This document shows, in pieces, positions 1-7,571 of a stretch of 64,000 nt of DNA. Below the pieces are notes generated by a model, which saw only the letters and a program-made list of their open reading frames with translations, was not told the origin of the DNA and did no database searches. Position 1 is the stretch's first letter; each line of letters opens with the position of its first letter. Made by a program: the position numbers and the translations under genes. This DNA comes from Thermoanaerobaculia bacterium (lineage in GTDB: Bacteria > Acidobacteriota > Thermoanaerobaculia > Gp7-AA8): the NCBI GenBank assembly GCA_035248585.1, contig DATFHJ010000107.1:2523-66522 (forward strand), in the 5' to 3' direction.

Positions 1-1
1 C

Positions 2-445
2 GGCGGCGTCCTCACCGATCCGAACGCGCGCGCGGAGGGCGTTGAGCTGGAGTGGAGCCAGCAGCTCGCGCCGTCGCTGAAGCTCGACGCGAACGTTTCG
101 TACGTCGACACGATCGATCCGAGGCAACCCGGCCCCGGATTTCCGGAGCGCTCGAATCCGATCGCGTCGCCGTGGTTCGGCAATCTCTCGCTCTTCTATC
201 GCCCGCTCGCGGGACTCGTTCTCGGCGCGCGCGTGAGCTACGGCGCCGATCCTGACCTGGTCGAAGGACGCGAGCTGGCGGATCTCACCGTGTCGCGCGA
301 GCTGCGGCGATTCAGTCTGCGCGCGGGCGTGAAAAACATCTTCGATTCCGACCTGCGCTACTACACCGTGTCGCCGGCCGGAGTGCCGAACGCGTCGCTG
401 TTTCCCGGCCGCACCGCGTTCGTGCAGGTTTCGTGGAGACGATGA
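2..445 (+). CDS. TonB-dependent outer-membrane receptor, C-terminal fragment (5' end lies outside the window)
   Basis: Frame 2 is open from the window edge. The translation ...GVELEWSQQLAPSLKLDANVSYVDT...LRAGVKNIFDSDLRYYT...GRTAFVQVSWRR* has the alternating beta-strand pattern and terminal strand typical of TonB-dependent receptor barrels. Confidence 0.6.
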   Translation, partial: GGVLTDPNARAEGVELEWSQQLAPSLKLDANVSYVDTIDPRQPGPGFPERSNPIASPWFGNLSLFYRPLAGLVLGARVSYGADPDLVEGRELADLTVSRELRRFSLRAGVKNIFDSDLRYYTVSPAGVPNASLFPGRTAFVQVSWRR

Positions 446-1770
446 GCGCCGGACGGATCCTCGTCGCCGACGACAACGGCGTGAACCGGATGCTGCTGAG
501 CGGCATCCTGGAGATGCACGGCTACGAAGTGCGCACGGCGACGAACGGACTGGAAGTGCTCGAGCTACTGGAGCGCGGCGATCTGCCCGAGCTGGTGCTG
601 CTCGATATTCAGATGCCGGGTCTCGACGGATTGGAAACGTGCCGGCGGTTGCGGGCGCGCCCGCGCACGCGCGCCATTCCCGTCATCTTCATCTCTGCGC
701 TCGACGACGTCGGCGAAAAGCTGCGCGGCTTCGAAGCGGGCGGCGTCGACTACGTGACGAAGCCGTTCGAGGCCGCGGAGGTGCTGGCGCGCGTCGGGAC
801 GCAGATCAAGGTGTTCCGCCTCAATCACGAGTTGGCGGAGCGCAACCGCGAGCTGGAGCGGCGCAATCAGCAACTGATGGCCGCGCAGCAAAAGACAGAG
901 CGGATGTTCACGGCGATGTCGACCGCGCTGACCGGCACGGTGCTCGACGACACGTACCGGCTCGAAGAGAAAATCGGCGAGGGCGGCTTCGGAGCCGTCT
1001 TCCGCGGCGTGCATCTGCAACTGCGCCGCAACGTGGCGGTGAAGGTGCTTCGTCCGGGCGGCGTGCACAACGACGAACTGCTCGCGCGCTTCCGCCGCGA
1101 AGCGATCGCCGCCTGCCGCGTCGCGCATCCGAACGCCATCGACGTCCTCCACTTCGGCGTCGCCCCGAACGGCGTCGCCTACCTGGTGATGGAGCTGCTC
1201 AGCGGCCGCACGCTCGGAGCGCTGCTGCGCGAGCAAGGTCCGCTGCCACCCGCGCGCGTTGCGGAGATCGTCCTTCCCGTCTGCGACGCGCTCATCGCCG
1301 CCCACGCCGCCGGCATCCTCCACCGCGACGTGAAGCCCGACAACGTCTTCCTCCACCGCGGCGCGAACGGCGAGGTCGTGAAAGTCGTCGACTTCGGCAT
1401 CGCCAAACTCCTCGACGAGTCCTCCAGCCCCGACGCCACCGTCGCCGGCACGTTTCTCGGCACCCTCAGCTACATGGCCCCCGAGCGCCTCCTCAGCAAC
1501 TCCTGCGACGAACGCTCCGACATCTACAGCGTCGGCGTGTTGTTGTACTTTGCGCTCTCCGGCGCGCTCCCTTTCGATCCCGCCGCGCCCACGCTTCCCG
1601 AGATGGTGAAGCTGCATCTCTCCTCGAAACCGCGCCCGCTGCTCGACGCGCGCGCCGACGTTCCGCCCGCGTTCGCGGAGCTGGTGATGCAGACGCTCGA
1701 TCCCGAGCCGCAGTTGCGGCCGGGGTTGGCGCTGATCGCGGAGCGATTGCGCGGGGTCGCGTCATCCTGA
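442..1770 (+). CDS. Response-regulator receiver domain fused to a Hanks-type Ser/Thr protein kinase
   Basis: REC motifs ILVADDNGVNRMLL, LLDIQMPGLDG and KPF come first, followed by kinase subdomains GEGGFGAVF, VAVKVL, HRDVKPDN, DFGIAK and SYMAPE. The ATG at 442 overlaps the upstream stop (ATGA). Confidence 0.9.
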   Translation: MSAGRILVADDNGVNRMLLSGILEMHGYEVRTATNGLEVLELLERGDLPELVLLDIQMPGLDGLETCRRLRARPRTRAIPVIFISALDDVGEKLRGFEAGGVDYVTKPFEAAEVLARVGTQIKVFRLNHELAERNRELERRNQQLMAAQQKTERMFTAMSTALTGTVLDDTYRLEEKIGEGGFGAVFRGVHLQLRRNVAVKVLRPGGVHNDELLARFRREAIAACRVAHPNAIDVLHFGVAPNGVAYLVMELLSGRTLGALLREQGPLPPARVAEIVLPVCDALIAAHAAGILHRDVKPDNVFLHRGANGEVVKVVDFGIAKLLDESSSPDATVAGTFLGTLSYMAPERLLSNSCDERSDIYSVGVLLYFALSGALPFDPAAPTLPEMVKLHLSSKPRPLLDARADVPPAFAELVMQTLDPEPQLRPGLALIAERLRGVASS

Positions 1771-1853
1771 GGTGCGTAGACGCCGAAGGATCTCTAGATG
1801 CGAACCGTGTGCGTCGTTCGAGATCCTTCGCCGTCTTCGCGGCTCAGGATGAC
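1761..1853. repeat. Imperfect palindromic element (two ~34-nt arms, GTCATCCTGAG...CGAAGGATCTC) between convergent genes
   Basis: The left arm (1761-1794) and right arm (1820-1853) are reverse complements with a few mismatches. Each arm supplies the last codons and the TGA of the gene that ends in it. Confidence 0.75.
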
Positions 1854-2020
1854 GGGCTGACAACCTTCTCGCGTCGAATGATCTCTTCGATTCGTTGTGC
1901 GCTTAGATGCGTCTTGATCGCTTCGCGCACAATCGCGGCGACCGTGATTCCACGATGTGCAGCTTCGTGACGCAGCTTGGCATCGACATCATCCGGCAGT
2001 TTGATCGTGATCCGCTTCAT
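1844..2020 (-). CDS. Small ribbon-helix-helix (CopG/Arc/MetJ-like) DNA-binding protein, 58 aa (below the ORF-track cutoff)
   Basis: ATG at 2020-2018 and TGA at 1846-1844. MKRITIKLPDDVDAKLRHEAAHRGITVAAIVREAIKTHL... shows the beta-strand/helix/helix pattern of RHH proteins. Confidence 0.6.
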   Translation of the reverse strand: MKRITIKLPDDVDAKLRHEAAHRGITVAAIVREAIKTHLSAQRIEEIIRREKVVSPSS

Positions 2021-2068
2021 CGAATATCAGCATACGCGGGTCCATCGTCAATCGTCGCCCTCCCCGGA

Positions 2069-2172
2069 CCCGGGCCCGAACCCGTGCCCGCTTCCGCGCC
2101 CGGGGTGGGGGCTTGGCGAAGCTCCGAGTCCACCGCCCCGGGCGCGGAAGCGGGTGCGGGCTCGGGCCCGGG
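2069..2172. repeat. 37-nt inverted repeat (34/37 complementary) with a 30-nt spacer in a divergent intergenic region
   Basis: Arms are at 2069-2105 and 2136-2172. The three mismatches are all transitions, and the arms show CCCGNN hexamer periodicity. Confidence 0.8.
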
Positions 2173-2218
2173 AACATCGGGAAAAACCGCGCAACCGGGT
2201 TAAGCTTTCCCCAATCCC

Positions 2219-5200
2219 ATGCCCGTCCGCCGCCCTCTCTTCGCACTGTGCGTGGTCCTCGCCGCGCTTGCGATGCGCGCGGAGGAGTGGACACCGACGC
2301 GGGCGTTTCGGACGTTTCCGAAATCGAGCTGGCGGGGGTTGCCGCAGTCGTCGGCCGTGGCGCTGGCGCAGAGCACGGACGGGACGCTTTGGATCGGGAC
2401 ACTCGATGGCGTGGCGACGTTCGATGGAAAGACGATCACGCCGGTCGCCGATGTGAAGGGCGCTCCGTTGAGGGGATTGATCACGTCGATGGTCGCGCGC
2501 GCGCAGGGCGGCGTGTGGGTGGCGTCGCAGGCGGGCGTGCATCGGTACGACGGGCAGACGTGGAGTCTGCTCACAACGGAGCGCGGCGTGGCGTCGATCG
2601 CGGAGGCGCGCGACGGCACGTTATGGATGAGCGACGGCGACGGCGCGCTTTGGACGCTCGCATCGAATGACACATGGACGCGCCGCAACGAGATGACGGC
2701 GAAGGTCGTCGCGCTCAACGCGGCAAAGGACGGCGCGATCTGGGCGGCGACGGAAACCGGCGCGGCGCGCATCTTCAATCGAACGACGCAATTCGTCGAA
2801 GGCGCGCCTCTGCCGTCGCGGCCCGGCGCGATCCTCGCGGCGAGCGACGGGCGGGTGTGGGTGGCGACGCAGTCGTGCACCGTGCATTGGTCGAAGGGCG
2901 GCGCGGACGGCTGGCACCAGGCCGAGTTCGCGCCGTGGCCGCGCGGCTCGTTCCGCACGCTGGCCGAGGATCGGCGCGGAAGGATCTGGGCCGGATCGAC
3001 CGGCGCGCGCGTCGCGTTCGGCACCGCGTCCGGTCCGTGGACGGTGTGGAGTCCGGTGAACGGTCCGTTCGATCCCGGCGTGATGGCGATCCTCGGTGAT
3101 CGCGAAGGCAACGTCTGGTTCGGATTGAACGGCGTCGGTCCGGCACAGTGGGTCGGCGAAGGCTGGTCGCATCGCGTGGCCGCCGATCCGTGGAATCCCG
3201 CGCGCTCGCCGTTCGCGACGTTCTCCGCGTTCGGGCTCGCGCCCGCGTCCAACGGCGATCTGCTCGCCGGTCTCTTCATCAACGGCGCGCTGCGGCTGAA
3301 CCGCGACGGCACGCAGCGTTTGTTCGACCTGCAGGACGGGCTCACCGAGGACGTGCGCGCGCTCGCGGAGATCGAGCCGGGCGTCTACGCCGCCGCGGCG
3401 CGCTTCGGCATCTTCGAGTCGCGCGGCGGCAAGCCGTTCACGCAGGTGCTGAAGATCGGCAGCGGCTTCATGATGGGGTTGTTCCGCAGCCCCGCCGGCG
3501 TGTGGTACGGCGCGAGCGCGACCGAGGGCGTGTTCGTGCGCGAGAACGGCGCGTGGCGGCGCGAGGAGGCGATCAGCGGCAACCTCGAGAACCAGCACGT
3601 GCGGGCGATGATGTGGCGGCGGAACGGCGAGTTGTGGGTGGCCACGCTGCGCGGCATCAGCATCTTCCGCGACGGCGCGTTCGTCGATCGCGCCACATCG
3701 CGCAACGAGCCGGCGATCCCCGAGTCGGTCAACGCGCTGCTCGAAGTCTCGGACGACGAAGTGTGGGCCGGCGGTCCGGGCGGCATCGCCATTCGTCGCG
3801 GCGAGAAGTGGACGCGCGTGACGGACGGCCTTCCCGGACAGACGATCTACTCGCTCGCGCGCGCACGCGACGGCGCGATCTGGGCGGGCGGGTCGGAGGG
3901 CGTCGGCCGCTTCGCGAACGGACGCTGGACCACGTGGGACTCGCGCTCCGGCCTGCTGCAGGAAGAGACCAATCTCAATGGACTGCTCGTCGACGACGGC
4001 GGCATCGTCTACGTCGGCACGATGTCGGGTCTCGCGCGATTCGATCCGTCCGTCCAATCGCTGTCGCAGCCGAAGCTCGTGCTGCAGTGGCGCGACACGC
4101 CGGCGGTCAATGATCGCGCGCTGCATCTGCGCTGGTCGGCACCGTGGCTCAGCCCCACGCCCGTCGAGTATCGCGTGCGCGTGCCGCGGCTGCGCGAGGA
4201 GTGGTCGAAGCCTTCGCCCGACGATCGCCTCGACATCGAGAACCTCGGCAAGGGCCGCTGGCGCGTGGAAGTCGAGGCGCGCGTCGAAGGGACGAACGAA
4301 TGGACGCCGGCGCTCGTCGCCGACCTCGACGTCGCGCCGTACTGGTACGAGACCTGGCCCGCGCGGCTGGCGATGCTCGCGCTGCTCGCGCTGGTCGTCT
4401 ACGCCATCGTGCTGCTGCGATCGCGCGCGCTGCGCCGCCACGCGGCGATGCTCGAGGCCACGGTGCGCGAGCGCACCGCGGAACTGGCGGAGTCGGAGCA
4501 GCGGGCGCACGCGGCGAGCCGCGCGAAGAGCGCGTTCCTCGCGAATATGAGCCACGAGCTGCGGACGCCGCTGAACGGCGTGCTCGGGTTCGCGCAGCTC
4601 CTCGGCCGCCGAAAAAATCGCGACGCCGAGGACCGGCATGGATTGGATGTGATCATCCGCAGCGGCGAGCATCTCCTCGGATTGATCAACGACGTGCTGT
4701 CGCTTTCGAAAATCGAAGCGGGCAGCATGACGCTCGAGGAGACGCGCTTCGATCCGCGCGGACCGGTGCGCGACGTCGAGAAATTGCTCCGCTTCCGCGC
4801 CGAGGAAAAGCACATCCGCTTCACCGTCGACGTGGACGAGTCGCAGCTGCCGCCGATCGTCCTCGGCGACGAAGTGCGCCTGCGGCAGATTCTTTTGAAT
4901 CTCGCCGGCAACGCGGTGAAGTTCACGGAGACGGGCGGCGTGACGCTGCGCGCGCGATGGAGCCACGGCCGCGCGAGCTTCGACGTCGAAGACACGGGAC
5001 CCGGAATCGCGGCGGCGGAGCTGAGCAAGCTCTTCGAGCCGTTCGTGCAGAGCGAGACGGGGCGGCGATCGAAGGAAGGAACGGGACTCGGACTCGCGCT
5101 CTCGCGCAACATTGCGCGGCTGATGGGCGGCGACATCACGGCCGAGAGCACGCCGGGCCGGGGTTCGAAGTTTCATGTCGACATCAGCCTGCCGGCGGCG

Positions 5201-6043
5201 GAAGCGGAAGCCGTCGCGGTCGACACGCGCCGCGTCGCCGCGGTCACGACGCCGAAACGCATTCTCGTCGTCGACGACACGGCCGTGAATCGCGCGGTGC
5301 TCACGCAACTGCTCGCGCTCGTCGGATTCGAAGTGCGCGAGGCGGCGAACGGGGAAGAAGCGATCGAGCTGTGGCGCACGTGGAAGCCGCACCTCATCTG
5401 GATGGACTGGCGGATGAGCGGCATGGACGGCCTCGAAGCGACGCGCCGCATCCGCGCGGAAGAGAAAGGCGCGCGCACGCCGATCATCGCCCTTTCCGCG
5501 AGCGCGCTCGATCACGAGCGCGGCGAGATTCTCGCCGCCGGCTGCGACGAGTTCGTGGCGAAGCCGTTCCGGGAAGCGACGATCTTCGCCACGCTGCGAA
5601 AGTATCTTGGGGTGGAGTACGTGTACGAGGACAATGGAGCGGCGGGCTTTAGCCCGCCGGATACCGACGGCGGGCTAAAGCCCGCCGCTCCAGCCAACGT
5701 TCTCCTCGTCGATGACGACTGGATCTGCCGCGAAGTGGCCACGGAGATCCTGCGCGGGAGCGGCGTCGGCGTGACCGCCGCGTCGAGCGGCGGCGAGGCG
5801 CTGGAGCTGCTCGACCGCACGCGGTTCGACCTCGTGCTCATGGATCTGCAGATGCCGAAGATGAGCGGGGTGGAGGCGGCGCGGCGGATCAAGTCGAATC
5901 CCGCAAATGCCCGCGTGCCGATCATCGCCATGAGCGCCGACACGCTCGACGGGCTCGCGGAGACGGGCATGGACGACTACCTGCTCAAGCCGGTGGAGCC
6001 GGACGCGCTGCTGGCGAAAGTGCGGCGCTGGCTCGGCGCATAG
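2219..6043 (+). CDS. Hybrid sensor histidine kinase: periplasmic beta-propeller/Y_Y_Y-type sensor, TM, HisKA, HATPase_c and two receiver domains
   Basis: An N-terminal signal/TM is followed by repeated LWIGT/IWAGG/VWFG propeller blades and a TM (LAMLALLALVVYAIVLL). H-box is FLANMSHELRTPLN, G-boxes are DTGPGI and GTGLGLAL, and the two REC domains carry ILVVDD...WMDWRMSGMDG and LLVDDD...LMDLQMPKMSG. Confidence 0.9.
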   Translation: MPVRRPLFALCVVLAALAMRAEEWTPTRAFRTFPKSSWRGLPQSSAVALAQSTDGTLWIGTLDGVATFDGKTITPVADVKGAPLRGLITSMVARAQGGVWVASQAGVHRYDGQTWSLLTTERGVASIAEARDGTLWMSDGDGALWTLASNDTWTRRNEMTAKVVALNAAKDGAIWAATETGAARIFNRTTQFVEGAPLPSRPGAILAASDGRVWVATQSCTVHWSKGGADGWHQAEFAPWPRGSFRTLAEDRRGRIWAGSTGARVAFGTASGPWTVWSPVNGPFDPGVMAILGDREGNVWFGLNGVGPAQWVGEGWSHRVAADPWNPARSPFATFSAFGLAPASNGDLLAGLFINGALRLNRDGTQRLFDLQDGLTEDVRALAEIEPGVYAAAARFGIFESRGGKPFTQVLKIGSGFMMGLFRSPAGVWYGASATEGVFVRENGAWRREEAISGNLENQHVRAMMWRRNGELWVATLRGISIFRDGAFVDRATSRNEPAIPESVNALLEVSDDEVWAGGPGGIAIRRGEKWTRVTDGLPGQTIYSLARARDGAIWAGGSEGVGRFANGRWTTWDSRSGLLQEETNLNGLLVDDGGIVYVGTMSGLARFDPSVQSLSQPKLVLQWRDTPAVNDRALHLRWSAPWLSPTPVEYRVRVPRLREEWSKPSPDDRLDIENLGKGRWRVEVEARVEGTNEWTPALVADLDVAPYWYETWPARLAMLALLALVVYAIVLLRSRALRRHAAMLEATVRERTAELAESEQRAHAASRAKSAFLANMSHELRTPLNGVLGFAQLLGRRKNRDAEDRHGLDVIIRSGEHLLGLINDVLSLSKIEAGSMTLEETRFDPRGPVRDVEKLLRFRAEEKHIRFTVDVDESQLPPIVLGDEVRLRQILLNLAGNAVKFTETGGVTLRARWSHGRASFDVEDTGPGIAAAELSKLFEPFVQSETGRRSKEGTGLGLALSRNIARLMGGDITAESTPGRGSKFHVDISLPAAEAEAVAVDTRRVAAVTTPKRILVVDDTAVNRAVLTQLLALVGFEVREAANGEEAIELWRTWKPHLIWMDWRMSGMDGLEATRRIRAEEKGARTPIIALSASALDHERGEILAAGCDEFVAKPFREATIFATLRKYLGVEYVYEDNGAAGFSPPDTDGGLKPAAPANVLLVDDDWICREVATEILRGSGVGVTAASSGGEALELLDRTRFDLVLMDLQMPKMSGVEAARRIKSNPANARVPIIAMSADTLDGLAETGMDDYLLKPVEPDALLAKVRRWLGA
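5636..5692. repeat. Double-hairpin palindromic element, family A (GGAGC-GGCGGGCTTTAGCCCGCC-N10-GGCGGGCTAAAGCCCGCC-GCTCC), in frame inside the hybrid kinase CDS
   Basis: The same element recurs in intergenic DNA at 31926-31981 and 56681-56733. Here it encodes the 19-aa linker GAAGFSPPDTDGGLKPAAP between the two REC domains. Confidence 0.85.
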
Positions 6044-6115
6044 TGGAGGACAGGCACTCCTGCCTGTCCTGAGCGACGCGAAAAAAGTGGACAGGCAGGA
6101 GTGCCTGTCCTCCAC
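6043..6115. repeat. Double-hairpin palindromic element, family B, full copy (GTGGA-GGACAGGCActccTGCCTGTCC-spacer-GGACAGGCAggagTGCCTGTCC-TCCAC)
   Basis: It lies immediately 3' of the kinase stop codon (6041-6043). A second full copy is at 45571-45640, with half copies at 7899-7925 and 42859-42885. Confidence 0.85.
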
Positions 6116-6131
6116 TTGACAGCGAAATGCT

Positions 6132-7571
6132 TTGCCCCATAAAGTGCTTGCCGTGTTGCTGCGACGCGTCAAGCTCATCCTGCCGGCGCTCACCGAGGCC
6201 ACCAGCCCGTACTGGCGGCCCATCAAGTACTCGCTCTTTCCGCCGCTCGGGCTGGCCACGCTGGCGGCGTATCTCGATCCCGATCTCGAGATCTCGCTGC
6301 AGGACGAGCACGTGGAGCGGCTCGAGCTCGACGACGCGCCGGACCTCGTCATCATTCAGGTCTACATCACCAACGCCTATCGCGCGTACGAGATCGCCGA
6401 TCACTATCGCGCGCGCGGCGCGTACGTCGCCCTCGGCGGGCTGCACGTCACGTCGCTGCCCGACGAGGCCGCGCCGCACGCCGACACGATTTTTCTCGGG
6501 CCGGGCGAGCACACGTTCCCGCAGTTCCTGCGCGATCTGGCGAATGGCACGCCGCAGCGCCGCTACTTCTCGCCCGTGCGCACGCTCGAGGCGCTGCCGC
6601 CGATCCGGCGCGATCTCATCCAGCGGCACCGCTATCTCGTCCCGAACTCGATCGTCGTCTCGCGCGGCTGTCCGCATCACTGCACGTTCTGCTACAAGGA
6701 CGGCTTCTTCGCCGGCGGGCGCTCGTTCTATACGCAGCTCGTCGACGACGCGCTCGCGGAGATCGCGCGGCTGCCGGGCCGGCATCTCTACTTTCTCGAC
6801 GATCACCTCCTCGGCAATCCGCACTTTGCGCGCGCGCTCTTCCGCGGGATGCGGGGCATGAACCGCGTCTTCCAGGGCGCGGCGACCGTCGACTCGATCC
6901 TGCGCGACGACCTCGTCGAAGAAGCCGCGGCGGCGGGTCTCCGCAGCCTCTTCGTCGGCTTCGAGACGCTGTCCGATGACGGCCTGAAAGGCGCGCACAA
7001 GCGCCAGAACCTCGGCCGCGATTACCGGGCCGTCGTCCGCCGTCTCGACAGCCTCGGCATCATGATCAACGGCAGCTTCGTCTTCGGCCTGGACGGCGAC
7101 GACCGCGACGTCTTCGCGCGCACCGTCGACTGGGCCGTGCAGTCCGGCATCACCACCGCGACGTTTCACATCCTCACGCCGTATCCCGGCACCGCGCTGT
7201 TCACGGAGATGGAAGCGCAGAACCGCATCGCCACGCGCAACTGGGATCTCTACGACACGCGCAACGTCGTCTATCGCCCGACCGGACTCACGCCCGAGGA
7301 GCTGAAGCGCGGCTACGACTGGTCGTACGAGGCCTTCTATCGCTGGAGCGCGATCTTCCAGGGCGCGTCCGCGCACGAAACCGTCAAGCACCGGCTGAAG
7401 CACTTCTTCTACAGCGCCGGCTGGAAGAAGTTCGAGCGGGCGTGGGACTTTGTGATCCGCGTGAAGCAGCTCTCGCAGATGCGGCCGATGCTGGAGGCGA
7501 TTCTGTCGCCGGTCGCTGATCAACCGCAACCGAACATGCCCTTAAATGAGAGCCGATCACTTGCTAAATGA
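6132..7571 (+). CDS. B12-binding-domain radical SAM protein (class B rSAM); exact start uncertain (TTG 6132, or GTG 6144/6153)
   Basis: The N-terminal Rossmann-like region (PPLGLATLAAYL...VIIQVY...VALGGLHVTS) resembles a cobalamin-binding domain. It is followed by the CX3CX2C cluster SRGCPHHCTFCY. Confidence 0.85.
   Translation: MPHKVLAVLLRRVKLILPALTEATSPYWRPIKYSLFPPLGLATLAAYLDPDLEISLQDEHVERLELDDAPDLVIIQVYITNAYRAYEIADHYRARGAYVALGGLHVTSLPDEAAPHADTIFLGPGEHTFPQFLRDLANGTPQRRYFSPVRTLEALPPIRRDLIQRHRYLVPNSIVVSRGCPHHCTFCYKDGFFAGGRSFYTQLVDDALAEIARLPGRHLYFLDDHLLGNPHFARALFRGMRGMNRVFQGAATVDSILRDDLVEEAAAAGLRSLFVGFETLSDDGLKGAHKRQNLGRDYRAVVRRLDSLGIMINGSFVFGLDGDDRDVFARTVDWAVQSGITTATFHILTPYPGTALFTEMEAQNRIATRNWDLYDTRNVVYRPTGLTPEELKRGYDWSYEAFYRWSAIFQGASAHETVKHRLKHFFYSAGWKKFERAWDFVIRVKQLSQMRPMLEAILSPVADQPQPNMPLNESRSLAK

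Noticed and set aside
1844-2020. RHH gene as the antitoxin of a type II toxin-antitoxin system
   Set aside because: No partner ORF fits on either side, so it is reported only as an orphan RHH.
2621-5515. Very long minus-strand ORF (964 aa) antisense to the hybrid kinase. Similar antisense or out-of-frame giants include 565-1617, 5985-7529, 7874-9205, 9084-10775, 10694-12508, 14194-15645, 20463-21788, 21719-23278, 24231-25553, 27550-28935, 28932-30824, 30175-31827, 35553-37784, 41052-42584, 45285-47141, 47897-50143, 50779-53382, 53409-56483, 56694-58334, 58914-60083, 61330-63321 and 61794-63416.
   Set aside because: All are Arg/Ala/Gly/Asp-rich with no motifs, and each lies opposite or out of frame to an ORF with clear domain signatures. 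Stop-poor antisense frames are expected in DNA this GC-rich.
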